The position numbers were made by a program, and so were the translations under genes. Below the pieces are notes generated by a model that was not told where the DNA came from, did not search any database, and was given only the letters and a program-made list of their open reading frames with translations. A stretch of DNA of 63,785 bases from Paraspadella gotoi (Eukaryota > Animalia > Chaetognatha): the NCBI GenBank assembly GCA_051294375.1, contig CM119268.1:7650632-7714416 (forward strand), in the 5' to 3' direction. This document shows positions 41,385 to 53,287 of the stretch, piece by piece (the stretch's first letter is position 1; each line of letters opens with the position of its first letter).

Positions 41385-42370
41385 ACTATATATTGCTATG
41401 TAATCGTCTTCAACTTCAATTTTTGATTGTGAGGAGGAAAGGCGGAAATGTTCAGAGGAAGTTTGAGATTTTTGGAGCTTATCATCACTTCTGAGAAAAA
41501 AGGAGAATAATCATTTGGTTTTGGAAAATAAAAACCATGCATATTTTCAATCAATGATTCTTTTTTGAATGTTTTTCAAGTTAAGATCCATATTAATTTT
41601 GCTGTGTATCCATTCAGAAAGCTTCATTGAGATAGGAAGATGAGTTTGAATATTGCAAATGATTTTGAGTACTTTCTTCACTGTCCAATGTAATTTGCAC
41701 TTATTTCTTTTGAATTTGTTTGAAAAACCACCCGCGGCGGCTGGTGGGGGCGCGGCCAGGCCGGCCCGGGTGGCGGCGGCCGGGCGAGACTGAGGGGGCT
41801 GCGGCCGTCGCGGCGGCCGCGGCGGGCCCGTTTGGCGACCCGAGGGCGACGGCTGGGCCGGGGCGGTGGACATGGACTTTTTACTTTTTAAAAATTTTTC
41901 TGGTGAAAAAATTACTTATTCACTTTCTCCTCATCGCGGATAAATCACTTCGAGAGTAATGAAGAAATTTTTAGGCAGAAAAATCTGGTTCTGTATATAG
42001 GGTGTAGGTGGACGTCTCGGTCTTTGTTACTCTTGAATTGCTTTCATCCAAACTCAATTTTTACGTTTCACTGAATTATTTTTGGCTTGAAAAGTGACTT
42101 TTTTATTTTTTTATGAGCAGAATTGTCGGTTAGTTGCAGTTGACAGATTCATAGGAGTCAAAAAGTTTTTTCAAAGAGATAAGTAAAACTTGATCCCCCT
42201 TTTCCCCTTACTGCAAATTCATAAATTGCGACGGAAGATATGAACAAGTCTCCAGGTGTGTTCATATCCATTGAAAGGTTTCAGAATGATTTATGTTCAA
42301 GAATGTTTACTTCTCTCAACATCTTCATTCTCAACTTGATGTTGAACAGATGTGCATTAGATCGCAGTGT
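41385..42370 (-). CDS. Convergent coding-like region of unknown function, interrupted by a GC-rich tract and frameshifts
   Basis: Minus-strand complex peptides: LRSNAHLFNIKLRMKMLREVNILEHKSF / MDMNTPGDLFISSVAIYEFAVRGKGG / KCKLHWTVKKVLKIICNIQTHLPISMKLSEWIHSKINMDLNLKNIQKRI / ENMHGFYFPK..DYSPFFSEVMISSKNLKLPLNISAFPPH. Minus-strand AATAAA near 41125. No family recognised. Confidence 0.4.
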
Positions 42371-42734
42371 TTTCTTTATTTTTTATGATCTCTCTCTTTT
42401 TTTAATTGTAATTAGATTGTATTTCTAGGTAAACAACGGTTCTTCATCTTCGAATTATAAAGCTTTATTCTCAAAACGCCAGGCTCTTTTAACGGCAGAC
42501 AACCAAGAACCAATTTGCAAGAAACAGTCGAGTGCCAATTTCAGGCAAACTGTCACTCGTTCAACAATCAAGCGACCGATTTTCAGCAAAACAACCTTTC
42601 CACTAATTTAAGGCCAACAAACACTGGACCAATTTGCCGCAAACCATCAGACGGCCAATTTTCCGCAAAACGACGCCGTCACATCTACAACCGTCGAAAA
42701 AAAAANNNNNNNNNNNNNNNNNNNNNNNNNCTGC

Positions 42735-44089
42735 GTTGATTAGGAATTGCGAGAGAGCTTTTTAAAATCGAATCTGTGTTCAAACACGAAAGCGAAATAG
42801 AATTTCGCGGGCTCGTCAACTCGGATTCAAAAAACAATACAAAAAGAGGTTTATTAGATTATCTCCTGTATCGCACGATTTTTCCAATTACAGGGTGATA
42901 ACATTTCCTCCATAATCTTTTCAGTTGTCAATGATCAATGATCCTAATCAAGAAGTATTTTTTAAAGCTTATTCGTCGTAATAAACGTCGTCCTCCTGGT
43001 AATTTCTCGTTTTTCGTCGTTCGTCGTCGTCGTCGGTCGTCGTCGTCGTCCTTCCTTCTCACGACTCACGAGCCACACGCCGTTCCTGATCTCAATTCAG
43101 TGGGAATTTCCGAGAAAAGACCTTTCCCCCCCTTTTCGCCGATGAGATGACCCTCATCGTCCTTACCCCGTTTTTCCCGCCCTTTTCCCCTTCGATGCTA
43201 GACCTCCTTCCCCATCCCGATTCCCATCCTTACCCCGACCTCCTCTTTTTTTTGGGAAATATATGACCTGACTGACCTCCAACGTGCCTCCTTCCCCTCA
43301 TCTTATTCCCTTCCCACTTCCTTCCTTAACCCCAATAGATGCGATCCTGCATCCCCATCTTCCATCTTTTACCTCGTCTTTTTGACCCCAATCTCCTGCC
43401 CCGTCGTCGTCTTTTCCCCCGCCCATCATTTCCCCCCCGACCCTCGAGACCTTCAAAGGCGGAGCATCTCCGACCCCAATCTTCATCTACGCGCCCCCAC
43501 GCCCCCCCTCGACGCGTTCCGTCCATCCTTCCGCGGTGTGAGTTCGATTTCCTCATCCAATCGGCGGCCGTCAATTTTTCGACGACGTTGACGAAGAGAC
43601 TCGATGTCAAAGGGGGTGAAACGTCTTAATGGTTCCGGGTTCGAAACTCCAACGACGACGATTCCATTTCTCCCCGCGGCGGTCGAACCGAAGACCGAGC
43701 TAAGAGAGCCTCGGGGGGTGGCTAAGAAGGGATAGAGAACGGCGGGTGACGGCGGGACGAGAACGAAAATTTCTTTACTGACCAATTGTACAATGAAAAA
43801 GGAAGTCATATTGATATTGCGAGGTTAATAAACAACGGAATCCTCATTTAACGTTGGGAAGCTCGTTTGAAGCGGCAGCAGCGACGGCAGCGGCGTCGGC
43901 AGCGGCGGCAGCGTCGACGACGAAAAACAGCAACGCAAGACCCGAGAATCTTCGATCGATTACAATGAAGTGGAGGCGACCTTGTCTAAGGTCCTTGAGC
44001 GATTTTGTTGGCGAATTTTTTGTTTGGCGTTTTTTTTGAATTTACTTTTTATTCTTTATGACTTTCTTCTTAATTATTTCGTTCAAATT

Positions 44090-44161
<72 letters not shown>

Positions 44162-44170
44162 TCTCTCTCT

Positions 44171-44205
<35 letters not shown>

Positions 44206-45727
44206 ATCCCAGACGACCAAATCTTTTTCCCCCTCGTAAAGGAAACCGTCTTTAAGATGAGAGAGTCTGGCGAGATGAGGTCAATGAGCCGTTCGTCCGT
44301 GCGCCGCCACAAATCCGTCCGTCTGCGCTGTTCGTGCGAGATTCGATCTGTCTGTCCGCCCGGGCGCAGTCCTGATCCCTTCTGCGCGTGCGTAGCTGCC
44401 TGAGGAAGAACCGAAAAAAAAAAGTGTTGAGTAATTGAATATCACTCTTTAATTTTCGGTCGGTCTTTTATGGATGCAGAGAGTGAGCGAAATGAAAGAA
44501 AAGAGGGAAAAAAATCGAAATTTAATGTCAGATTGTCGAAAACTCTTCTGATGTTTTTTGGAGTTTTTTACAAATGAATTTATTTTATTCAAATACTTTA
44601 TAAATTTAATTATGAAAGAAATTGTATAATAGATTTGTATTTCTAGTAAACAACGGTTCTTCATCTTCGAAATTATAAAGCTTTATTCTCAAAACGCCAG
44701 GCTCTTTAACGGCAGACAAACCAAAGAACCAATTTGCAAAGAACAGTCGAGTGCAATTTCAGGCAAACTGTCACTCGTTCAACAATCAACAGCGACCGAT
44801 TTTCAGCCAAAACAACCTTTCCACTAATTTAAGGCCAACAAACACTGGACCAATTTGCCGCAAACCATCAGACGGCCAATTTTCCGCAAAACGACGCCGT
44901 CACATCTACAACCGTCGAAAAAAAAAATACAAATAAAAGACCGGAGCGAAAAAAAAAGAGAGACGGAAAACGAAATAAAAAAATTCCAGTGAGAGCGAGA
45001 ACGAAAACGCGAACAGAGAGGAGAGAGAGGGAGATGGAGAGAGAGAGAGAGAGAGATGAGAGAGAGGGAAGAGAGAGAGAGAGAGAGAGCAAAAACGAAA
45101 TAAAACGGGACATGCGATGATGAAAAAAAAAAGTCGTGAAAAGCGCATTAAGGAGGAGAATTCTGCCGGTTCTTTTTTTTTGTTGTATTTTTCGCTTTTG
45201 CCCTCAAAACGCCGGTGGCTTCGGCGCTAAGGTGCGGAATTTAGCATATAGCCTATTACATTAAGGCCGGGGGTGCGGCTTTAACGTATGCTAACCGCAT
45301 TCTCCGGGAGCAGAATGGAGCGAGGGATTCAAATGGGAGCTTTTAGTGGCCGGGAAAAGAGATTGGAAGATGGGTGGTGGATGGTGAGGTGGTGNNNNNN
45401 NNNNNNNNNGGGGGGGGTGTCGTAGAAAGAAAGGAGTGAGATGGTGGTTTGTTTGTTTTTTTAAATCGTAGGAGTGGATTACGAAAGTCGGACGACGATT
45501 GGGAGTACGAAATACCGAATTACGGATACGATGCCGATTGTTGGTTCGAAAAAGAAAGGTGAACCCAGAGTTGGGTGCTACGAACTGAGACGGTGGAAAC
45601 GCAAAGAGAAATATATAGAGCAATAACTGGAAATGAGAGGGCGGAATTCAACCGCGATTTTTTCTTTTCGGTGTTCGACTTCGAAAACTACAAACGCGGC
45701 GAAAGGGTGAACACGAGGGAGAGATAG
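42735..45727 (+). repeat. Direct duplicate of 28815-31846
   Basis: Colinear near-identity; starts right after the 25-N gap 42706-42730. It reads straight through the site of gap 29253-29277 (gatgctagacctccttcccc), implying that gap is about zero length. Confidence 0.93.
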
Positions 45728-46862
45728 AAGGGTGTCCCGGAGAGGCGTTGGGGGTTAGAAATGGGGGAGTGGCCGGGGGTGGCAGGTCCGAGAACCACGT
45801 TTTTTTTTTCAGGGGTCAGAATTCTAGGAAATGGATGTCGTCGAATTCGTGACCGAACGAGGATCTTCACTTTTCAGCGAAAGATTCAGTCGGTAAAAGG
45901 TTTCACAGCACAACTGTTAACTGTCACATCGAGCTATTCTTCGTCGCCCTTTTGTAGATATATAGTTCGTTAGCGGAAAGTTACGAGAGTTGTTCGCGAA
46001 ACATCTCGGCGAGACAGTTCAGCAGCATGGAAGTTCTCGGCGCAACAGTTTTTTGTCGCTTTGTAATTCTAATGTTGGAAATCGCCAGAGTCTCTCAAGA
46101 ATTCCCTCGCGTACAATCATCGATCAGAAAGTTAAAACTCCAACGACGCAATAATGAACAATAGGATTTGCGCGGACGCAGTCGGCAACGATTATCTCGA
46201 AGAGAGACACCAAGTTCGTTCCCCTCATTGAATATCTCTCTCTCTCTCTCTCTCTCTGCTCATCTGGTCCCAATAGCACCAATGAACACCATAAGTTGAA
46301 CGACCGGCGCGGAACTTTTTTGTTTTCATGATTCGCGATGAACGAACGATGACATGACTCGTTGTCTCATATCAAATAGTTGGCCGAATCCGATGTCTGT
46401 TTGGATTTGGATTTTTGATCGAAATCGATAGAAAACTGGCGGGAAGATTATGTTGATATAAAAACGTTCACCGTCACTGGCTCGATAAGTATGATAGGGC
46501 GAATGATGAGACAATGCTTTGCCTAATGATTTTGTGAGATTTCGCACTCTTTTCCCCTTTATTCATCCCGGATTATCTCTCTCTCCTCTCTCTCCCTTCC
46601 CTCTCCCTCCCTCCCTCTCTCTCTCTCTTCTCTCTCTCTCTAACGTCGATTGACTTTAGAATTAATGGATAAAAACAAGAGTGAGAGACGCGGGGATTCT
46701 TCCTTTTTTTAATCAGTTTTTTGAATTAAATATTTTTTTATGATTTGGATTGTATGTAAATATTTACATAATTAAGATAATGAGAATAAAGTCACGGACC
46801 AGACTCAGCTCTGGTACTCCATCAATGAGTTAGTTTTTTAGCTTAATTTTGTCATAACCCAC

Positions 46863-47150
46863 TATAATTCATCCTAACCACATATTCTTCCTTTCCACTA
46901 TATTTCAATCTTAAATAGTTTAAATTTGTTAGTTTAATCCTTAAATTCATTATTTTAATCCTTAAATTTGTTATTATTTATTTCATTTATTTTTGTTATA
47001 CATTACAAATGTAATTATTTTCTCTCCCTCTGTCTCTCTCAATATTTCACCATTCATAATTTCAACCACTTTCCTGCTTCTTCTCTCCCCTTACCTTCAC
47101 CTGTCCTCAATCTGACCACTGTCCTTTTCTCACTCTGTGTTGGAAGCTTT

Positions 47151-47201
<51 letters not shown>

Positions 47202-47367
47202 TCTCTCTCTCTCTCTCTCTCTCCTCTCTCTCTAACCCAATGTAAAGAGAAAATTTGTTATTGAGACAAACGCTGATGAAGGCTTAAAGCAAGAGCCGAA
47301 ACATGTCCAATGTAAATAAATATCTGTTGTTATCAAAACAATACTCAACCTTTGTTTTCTCTAACTA
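46863..47367 (+). mobile_element. Penelope-like/retrozyme-type 3' fragment flanked by a 12-bp direct repeat (putative TSD)
   Basis: GTCATAACCCAC at 46851-46862 and 47368-47379. The interior ends with a hammerhead-like core followed by AATAAA (47315-47320), the usual layout of Penelope pseudo-LTRs. Confidence 0.6.
47273..47307 (+). ncRNA. Minimal type I hammerhead ribozyme-like core
   Basis: CTGATGA-A-[GGCT-loop-AGCC]-GAA-ACATGT-C: conserved core boxes, 4-bp stem II, palindromic stem III (ACATGT), and a GUC cleavage triplet. Stem I is poorly formed here. Confidence 0.65.
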
Positions 47368-48003
47368 GTCATAACCCACAAAACTAATTTATTTCCAAGA
47401 AGACTGCAATTTCTTTTAAAATACATCGATGGCGGGAACAACTGAGGAGAGATGACTTTAAAACAGTTCAAGTTAATGCAATTTGTGACACAGTTGAGGT
47501 AGAAAAGTAGTAACCATCTATCAAAGTTATCAATATTAGTTATCATCTCAGCTATCATTAACTGTCACGCACCATTCTTTCAAAGTTCCGGGTTTCTCAC
47601 NNNNNNNNNNNNNNNNNNNNNNNNNNNNNNNNNNNNNNNNNNNNNNNNNNNNNNNNNNNNNNNNNNNNNNNNNNNNNNNNNNNNNNNNNNNNNNNNNNNN
47701 NNNNNNNNNNNNNNNNNNNNNNNNNNNNNNNNNNNNNNNNNNNNNNNNNNNNNNNNNNNNNNNNNNNNNNNNNNNNNNNNNNNNNNNNNNNNNNNNNNNN
47801 NNNNNNNNNNNNNNNNNNNNNNNNNNNNNNNNNNNNNNNNNNNNNNNNNNNNNNNNNNNNNNNNNNNNNNNNNNNNNNNNNNNGATTCTTTCTCCGGAAA
47901 ATCTGGATTCCATCGCCGGAATCTTCGGTTCCTTCCGGCGTCGGATGGTCTCTCCGCCGGATAACGGAAGGAAAAAAANNNNNNNNNNNNNNNNNNNNNN
48001 NNN

Positions 48004-48926
48004 GTTACATCGACTTAGTGAAATTTTCAGGTTAAGTTATTGCACAAAGATTTAACGGAAAATTCTTGACCAATTAGTTCTTGTTTATATTAAAAATGTC
48101 TTCTTTATTGATTGGGTTTTTTAGGTTTTTTCCTGTGGTTTATTAGTTAGTGGAAGATGGTCACTTGCGACTGTCTTCAAGGCTTTGCACATGACGTAGC
48201 CAGGAGAATTTTATGTCAGAGAATTTTTTGATACTGTTAGGTGCGATGTTCTAGAGTGTTCTGGAGACCAGTTAGATTTACTTAAATAAAATAGTGGTGC
48301 GTGTATGGGTAAGGTAAATTACTGTTTTAGCAGTATAAAAAATTATAAACTTAGAATAAAAAATTTTTAAGAGTTTAGTTCACCTGTGGGGAGAGTCTGT
48401 TCTGTCCGCAGAGTTCAAGAGTGGGAGGAGTGAGTTTTAATTAATCGCCAACTAGGGATTACTGGAAGGACTACATTAGGGTTTTTATTTTGAAAAATTG
48501 TTGAAAGCATTGAAAATAAAGATTCGTTGTAGTGTTTTCTCCTGGTGGTGTTATGTCGTCCATAGAAGAAAATTTCATTATCTCTTTTAAACAGCCGCCG
48601 TTTCGACAATAAGACTTTCTGTTTTTGTGTTGATTGTTTTGAATAACTTAATTCCTAGCAGCAGGAAGATGGCTGGGAAAGTAGCAATCATTACACCTCC
48701 TGCCGAAGTTACTGATTCATTAAATGAATGTCTTAAATTTTTTTCAAAACAAAAATAGATCCTTGTTTAACTGCCACTGTTCTAATGTCATGAACACAAA
48801 AAATAACGAAATATTTGTTTGTTTTAGATTTTTCTATTAGATTTAAAATGTTCAAACAAGTCTTGTTGGGTCTACCGTTAGTGTTTAGCTGACGAAGGAC
48901 AGCACAGCAAGGATTTGGATGGCCAT
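48004..48926 (-). CDS. LINE ORF2 N-terminal apurinic-like (APE/EEP) endonuclease domain, frameshifted, truncated
   Basis: ATG at 48926. SFVSxNTNG..K; FCVHD (ICLQE position); AGGVMIA ~48703-48683; ESLIVE; PPG; LVGD..HS ~48455; LNSNLPT; ASDHLPL 48168-48148; then FNINKxNW. Confidence 0.82.
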
Positions 48927-48929
48927 TTT

Positions 48930-50669
48930 ATCAGTTTTTATGAGGACCGTTCCAGGTTTTCCTTTTCCTTAAAAGAAGCTGGTGCCTTCCTTGGTTTTTC
49001 TGGGGTTCAAAAGACCCGCTTTTTGGGACTTGAAGAATCCATTTTCTGGCTGCATTTGACTTTTTTGACATCTTGAGATAGAGGGAAGAATCTTCATCCA
49101 TGCCCAATCAGAGATGACCTCTTGAGGTTTTGAACAAGAGGAATCTCCAATCCTTTCACCTTGTACGTTTTCGAATTATTGTGGTGAATTTCTACTATTT
49201 TTCTGGAATTTTGAATTGACGACCGAGCAGGAGGGAGACTTGTCTTCTGTTTTTTGATTTAGCTACTGTTATGTTGTATTTTCATTCACAGTCCTTTTTG
49301 ATAGACGCAGACAATTATGTTCTTTTTTCTGTATTTCGTTACCTATTCCCATTTTCACGCCAAAACTATGGACAACGCAAAAAGACTAAATCTTTTCTAA
49401 TCTTCTGCATGAAGTCTTAGTGGAAAGAATGTAGCTTTGACTCTGATTTTTGGATCTGCAATTGGCATCAAGATTTTTGTTGCTAGAGCAGTGAGATTAG
49501 CAGCAACAGAGGGGAAAAGATTTGGTTGACGATACGGCAGCCTTCTTTCGGTTTAAGAAAATAAGGGCGTGATCTTCGAATTAGTGCATGGCCGCGACCA
49601 CCACAGTTTTAGCACATTTTAGTAGTAAGCTGAAAAGCTTTTTCTTCACAGTTTTTTTGTGACGAAGTTGTTGACCTGCCACAACGAGAGACAAATGCTA
49701 TCTCTTGTTATGACAAGCATTTTAGAGCCATGACCCATATTTTGACATTTATAACATTGTAGTATTTTATTTACAAAATATTCTTCTGCTAACATTATGG
49801 ATCTTTTATGAAAAACTGTTTTATTTTGTTTTTCAGGATTGATTTCTTTTTCTTTCAGGGGGGGATTGAGCGTTACCTTGACATTCCAACTCCGGTTCTT
49901 CCTGTCCTCGAACCAGTTGTGAGCTTCTTATGAAGCTTGGGCTAATCCTTTCTTGAAACCCATAGCGGTTTGATAATCCTCTGAGTACGCAGGATCGGAT
50001 CAATACCTTTTAATAAGAACATAATGAGAGACAGGCTGTTTTGTGTGATTAAGCTTTTGAATGAAATCATATTTTTACTATGTCTCAATTGTCAGGGTTT
50101 CATAAGCGACGTTAAAATCTTTATCAGTCTTGGCCTCAGTGTACTGATTAAGTCTCCACGCTGGCCAGTATTTTTTTAATTCGATCGAATGTCGGCGTGA
50201 CCTGACGCATTGGAAAGCTTTCGAACATCTACCAAGAGCGACACTCATCTGGACGAGATTTTTTCTGATCTCTTTCTTGGATGTGGTTGCTTTCGACCAC
50301 AATTACAGTTTTTTTCGAAGGTCATGAATATTCGTTTTATTACTTGCTTCAGAGGCATTATTTTTTTTTTCAAAAACATTTTCGTTTTATTTTTGTTATA
50401 CCTGTAGCTCCCGCAGTTCACCAAGAAGCAAGAGAATGCAAATGCTGCCTTTTTCCTTTTCTCAGGCTCGTGGAGTGGTTTTTCTAATTCTTGTTTTGAA
50501 AAAAAGACGAGGTCTCCGGCAGTAAAACCTCAGTAACTTCACAGTCTGCGAGTTTTTTGATTTTCTGAGTTAGAATCCAGAAGCATCTTTTACTTGAATG
50601 TTTTATTTTGTTTACGAGTTTTTTTGAGACTGAGAAGTTCGCGTCTTTTTTGTTTTTTCGTTTGAACAT
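48930..50669 (-). CDS. LINE ORF1 (gag-like nucleic-acid-binding protein, three Zn knuckles), frameshifted
   Basis: ATG at 50669 (MFKRKNKKDANF). ILQCYKCQKYGHGSKxC at ~49765-49717, ICxRCG...KNC at ~49698-49648, and KCANCGG..H....RS.PYF at ~49620-49558. The 3' end is approximate. Confidence 0.8.
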
Positions 50670-50939
50670 ATCGGTGTGATTGGACCTGAAAAGATTTACC
50701 AATCAAATCAATCATTTTGCTAATATTAGACTTATTGGTCTATAATTGATTGTTTTAAAAGGTACGGTTTGATTCTGTTGATTTATTAGAATAGGTCATT
50801 TAATCGATCAATCAGTTTGAATTTCGTAAGTTGGCTTGGTTTCATGGCTTGTTTTTCTAAGTCCGTAAAAAGTGGAAAAAAATCGGCAGGGATCGACTAA
50901 CGTCGTTTCGGTTTCGGTGGTCAGAGATGAAGAGAAGTT

Positions 50940-53200
50940 CTGGTGAGAGATAGAAGAGCAGAGAAGACGAGAGAAAACGAAATAAAATTAAAACGCGGGA
51001 CCATGGAGCGGAGAAAAAAAAAGTCGAGTGTGAAAGCGCATTAAAGGCAGAGAATTCTGCCGTCTTTTTTTTGTTTGTTGATATTTTCGCTTTGCCCTCA
51101 AACGCCGGTGGCTTCGCCGTAAGGTGCGGAATTTAGCTATAGCTAGCCTATTACATTAAGCCGGGGGTGCGGCTTTAACGGTTGCTAACCGCATTTTCTC
51201 CGGGAAAGCAGAATGGAGCGACGGTATTCAAAATGGGAGCTTTTAGTGGTGCCGGAAAAGAAGATTGGAAGTGGGTGGTGGGATGGCTGGTTAACGCTGG
51301 TGGAATAGGGTTAGGTGGGGGGTTGTCGTAGAAAGAAAGGCATGTGACGATGGTGGTTTGTTTTTTTTTTTTTTTTAAATCGTAGGAGTGGAATTACGGA
51401 AAAGTCGGAACGACCGATTGGCGAAGTAACGAAATACCGAATTACGGATACGATGCGCGAATTGTTGGTTCGAAAAAGAAAAAAAAGAGTGAACCAGAAG
51501 TTGTGGTGGTATCTACTAGAACTGAGACGGTGTGGGAAAACGCAAAAGAGGAATTATATTAGAGCAATTAACTGGAAATTGAGAGGGCGGAATTCAACCG
51601 CGATTTTTTTTCTTTTCGGTTGTTTGTTCGACTTTCGAAAAACTACAAACGCGGCGAAAAGTAAGCACGATCGGGAGAGATAGAAAGGGTGATTTCCCGG
51701 AGGAGGCGTTGGGGTTAGAAATGGGGGGAGTGGCCGGAGGGGTGGCACGGTCCGAGAACCACGTTTTTTTTTCCAGGGGTCCAGAATCTTAGAATGGATG
51801 TTCGTCGAATTCGTGACCGAACAGCGATCTTCACTTTTCAGCCGAAAGATTCAGCTACTGCGTAAAAGTTTCACAGCACATGTTAACTGTCACATACGAG
51901 CATATTCTTCGTCGCCGCTTTTTGTAATGGGAATATATAGTACGAGTTAGCGCGAAAAAGAGTTACGCAGAGTATAGTTTCGCTGGAACATCTACGGTCG
52001 CGAGACTAGTTCAGCAGCATGGAAGTTCTCGGCCACAAACAGTTTTTTGTCGCTTTGTAATTCTAAATGTTGGAAATTCGCCACGGAGTCTCTCAAGAAT
52101 TCCCTCGCGCTTACAATCATTCGGATCAGAAAGTATTAAAACTCCAACGACCAATATGATGAACAATATGGATTTTGCGCGCCGGACGCAGTCGGCAACG
52201 ATTAATCTCGAAGAGAGAACACGAAGTTCGTTCCCCTTCATTGAATATCTCTCCTCTCTTCTCATCTTCTCTCCTCTCTTTCTGGTCCCAAATAGAGGCC
52301 ATGAACACACCATAAGTTGAGAACGACCGCGCGGGGAACTTTTTTGTTTTCATGATTCGCGATGAGACGGAACGATGACATTGGGACTCGTGTCTCATAT
52401 CAATAGTTGGCCGAAATCCGATTGTCTGTTTGATTTGGATTTTTTGATCGAATCGATTAGAAAACTGGCGGGAAGATTATGTTGATATTAAAAACGTTCA
52501 CCGACGTCACTGGCTCCGATGAAGTATGATAGCGCGATGCATGAGACAATTGCTTTGCCTATATGATTTTGTGAGAATTTGCGCACTTCTTTTCCCCTTA
52601 TACATCCCGGATTATCTCTCTCTCTCCTCTCCCTCTCCCTCTCCCCTCTCTCTCTCTCTCGTCTCTGTCTTCTAACGTCGATTATGACTTTAGAAATTAA
52701 TGGAATAAAACAAGAGTGAGAGACCGGGGATTTCTCCTTTTTTTTAATCCAGTTTTTTTGAATTAAATATTTTTTTATGATTTGGATTGTATGTAAATTT
52801 ACATAATTAAGATAATTGAGAATAAAGTCACGGACCAGACCTCAGCTCTGGATACCCATCAATGAGTTAGTTTTTTAGCTTAATTTTGTCATAACCCACT
52901 ATATATCCCTAACCACATATTCTTTCCTTTCCACTATATTTCAATCTTAAATAGGTTAAATTTGTTAGTTTAATCCTTAAATTCATTATTTTAATCCTTA
53001 AATTTGTTTATTATTATTTCATTTATTTTTGTTATACATTACAAAATGTAATTATTTTCTCTCTCCTCTGTCTCTCTTCATATTTCACTCATTCATATAT
53101 TTCACCACTTTCCTGCTTCTTCTCTCCCCCTTACCTTCACCTGTCCTCAATCTGACCACTTGTCCTTTTCTCACTCTGTGTTGAAGCTTTACTTCTCTTT

Positions 53201-53287
<87 letters not shown>

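Larger units (their letters stand above)
31850..42400. mobile_element. Polinton/Maverick/adintovirus-like segment (partial; no TIR, integrase or capsid recognised)
   Basis: Abrupt shift to AT-rich, microsatellite-free, coding-like sequence from ~32900, containing a pPolB gene. Boundaries are where similarity to the duplicated host segment stops (31846) and resumes (~42408). Confidence 0.7.
48004..50900 (-). mobile_element. LINE non-LTR retrotransposon (Jockey/I-group-like), 5' part; RT domain lost at the assembly gap
   Basis: 5'UTR, then ORF1 with three CCHC knuckles, then an ORF2 APE domain running into the 25-N gap 47979-48003. Confidence 0.85.

Noticed and set aside
48930-50669. HeT-A-like gag-only retroelement
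   Set aside because: APE endonuclease motifs follow ORF1 directly; the absence of RT is explained by the gap.
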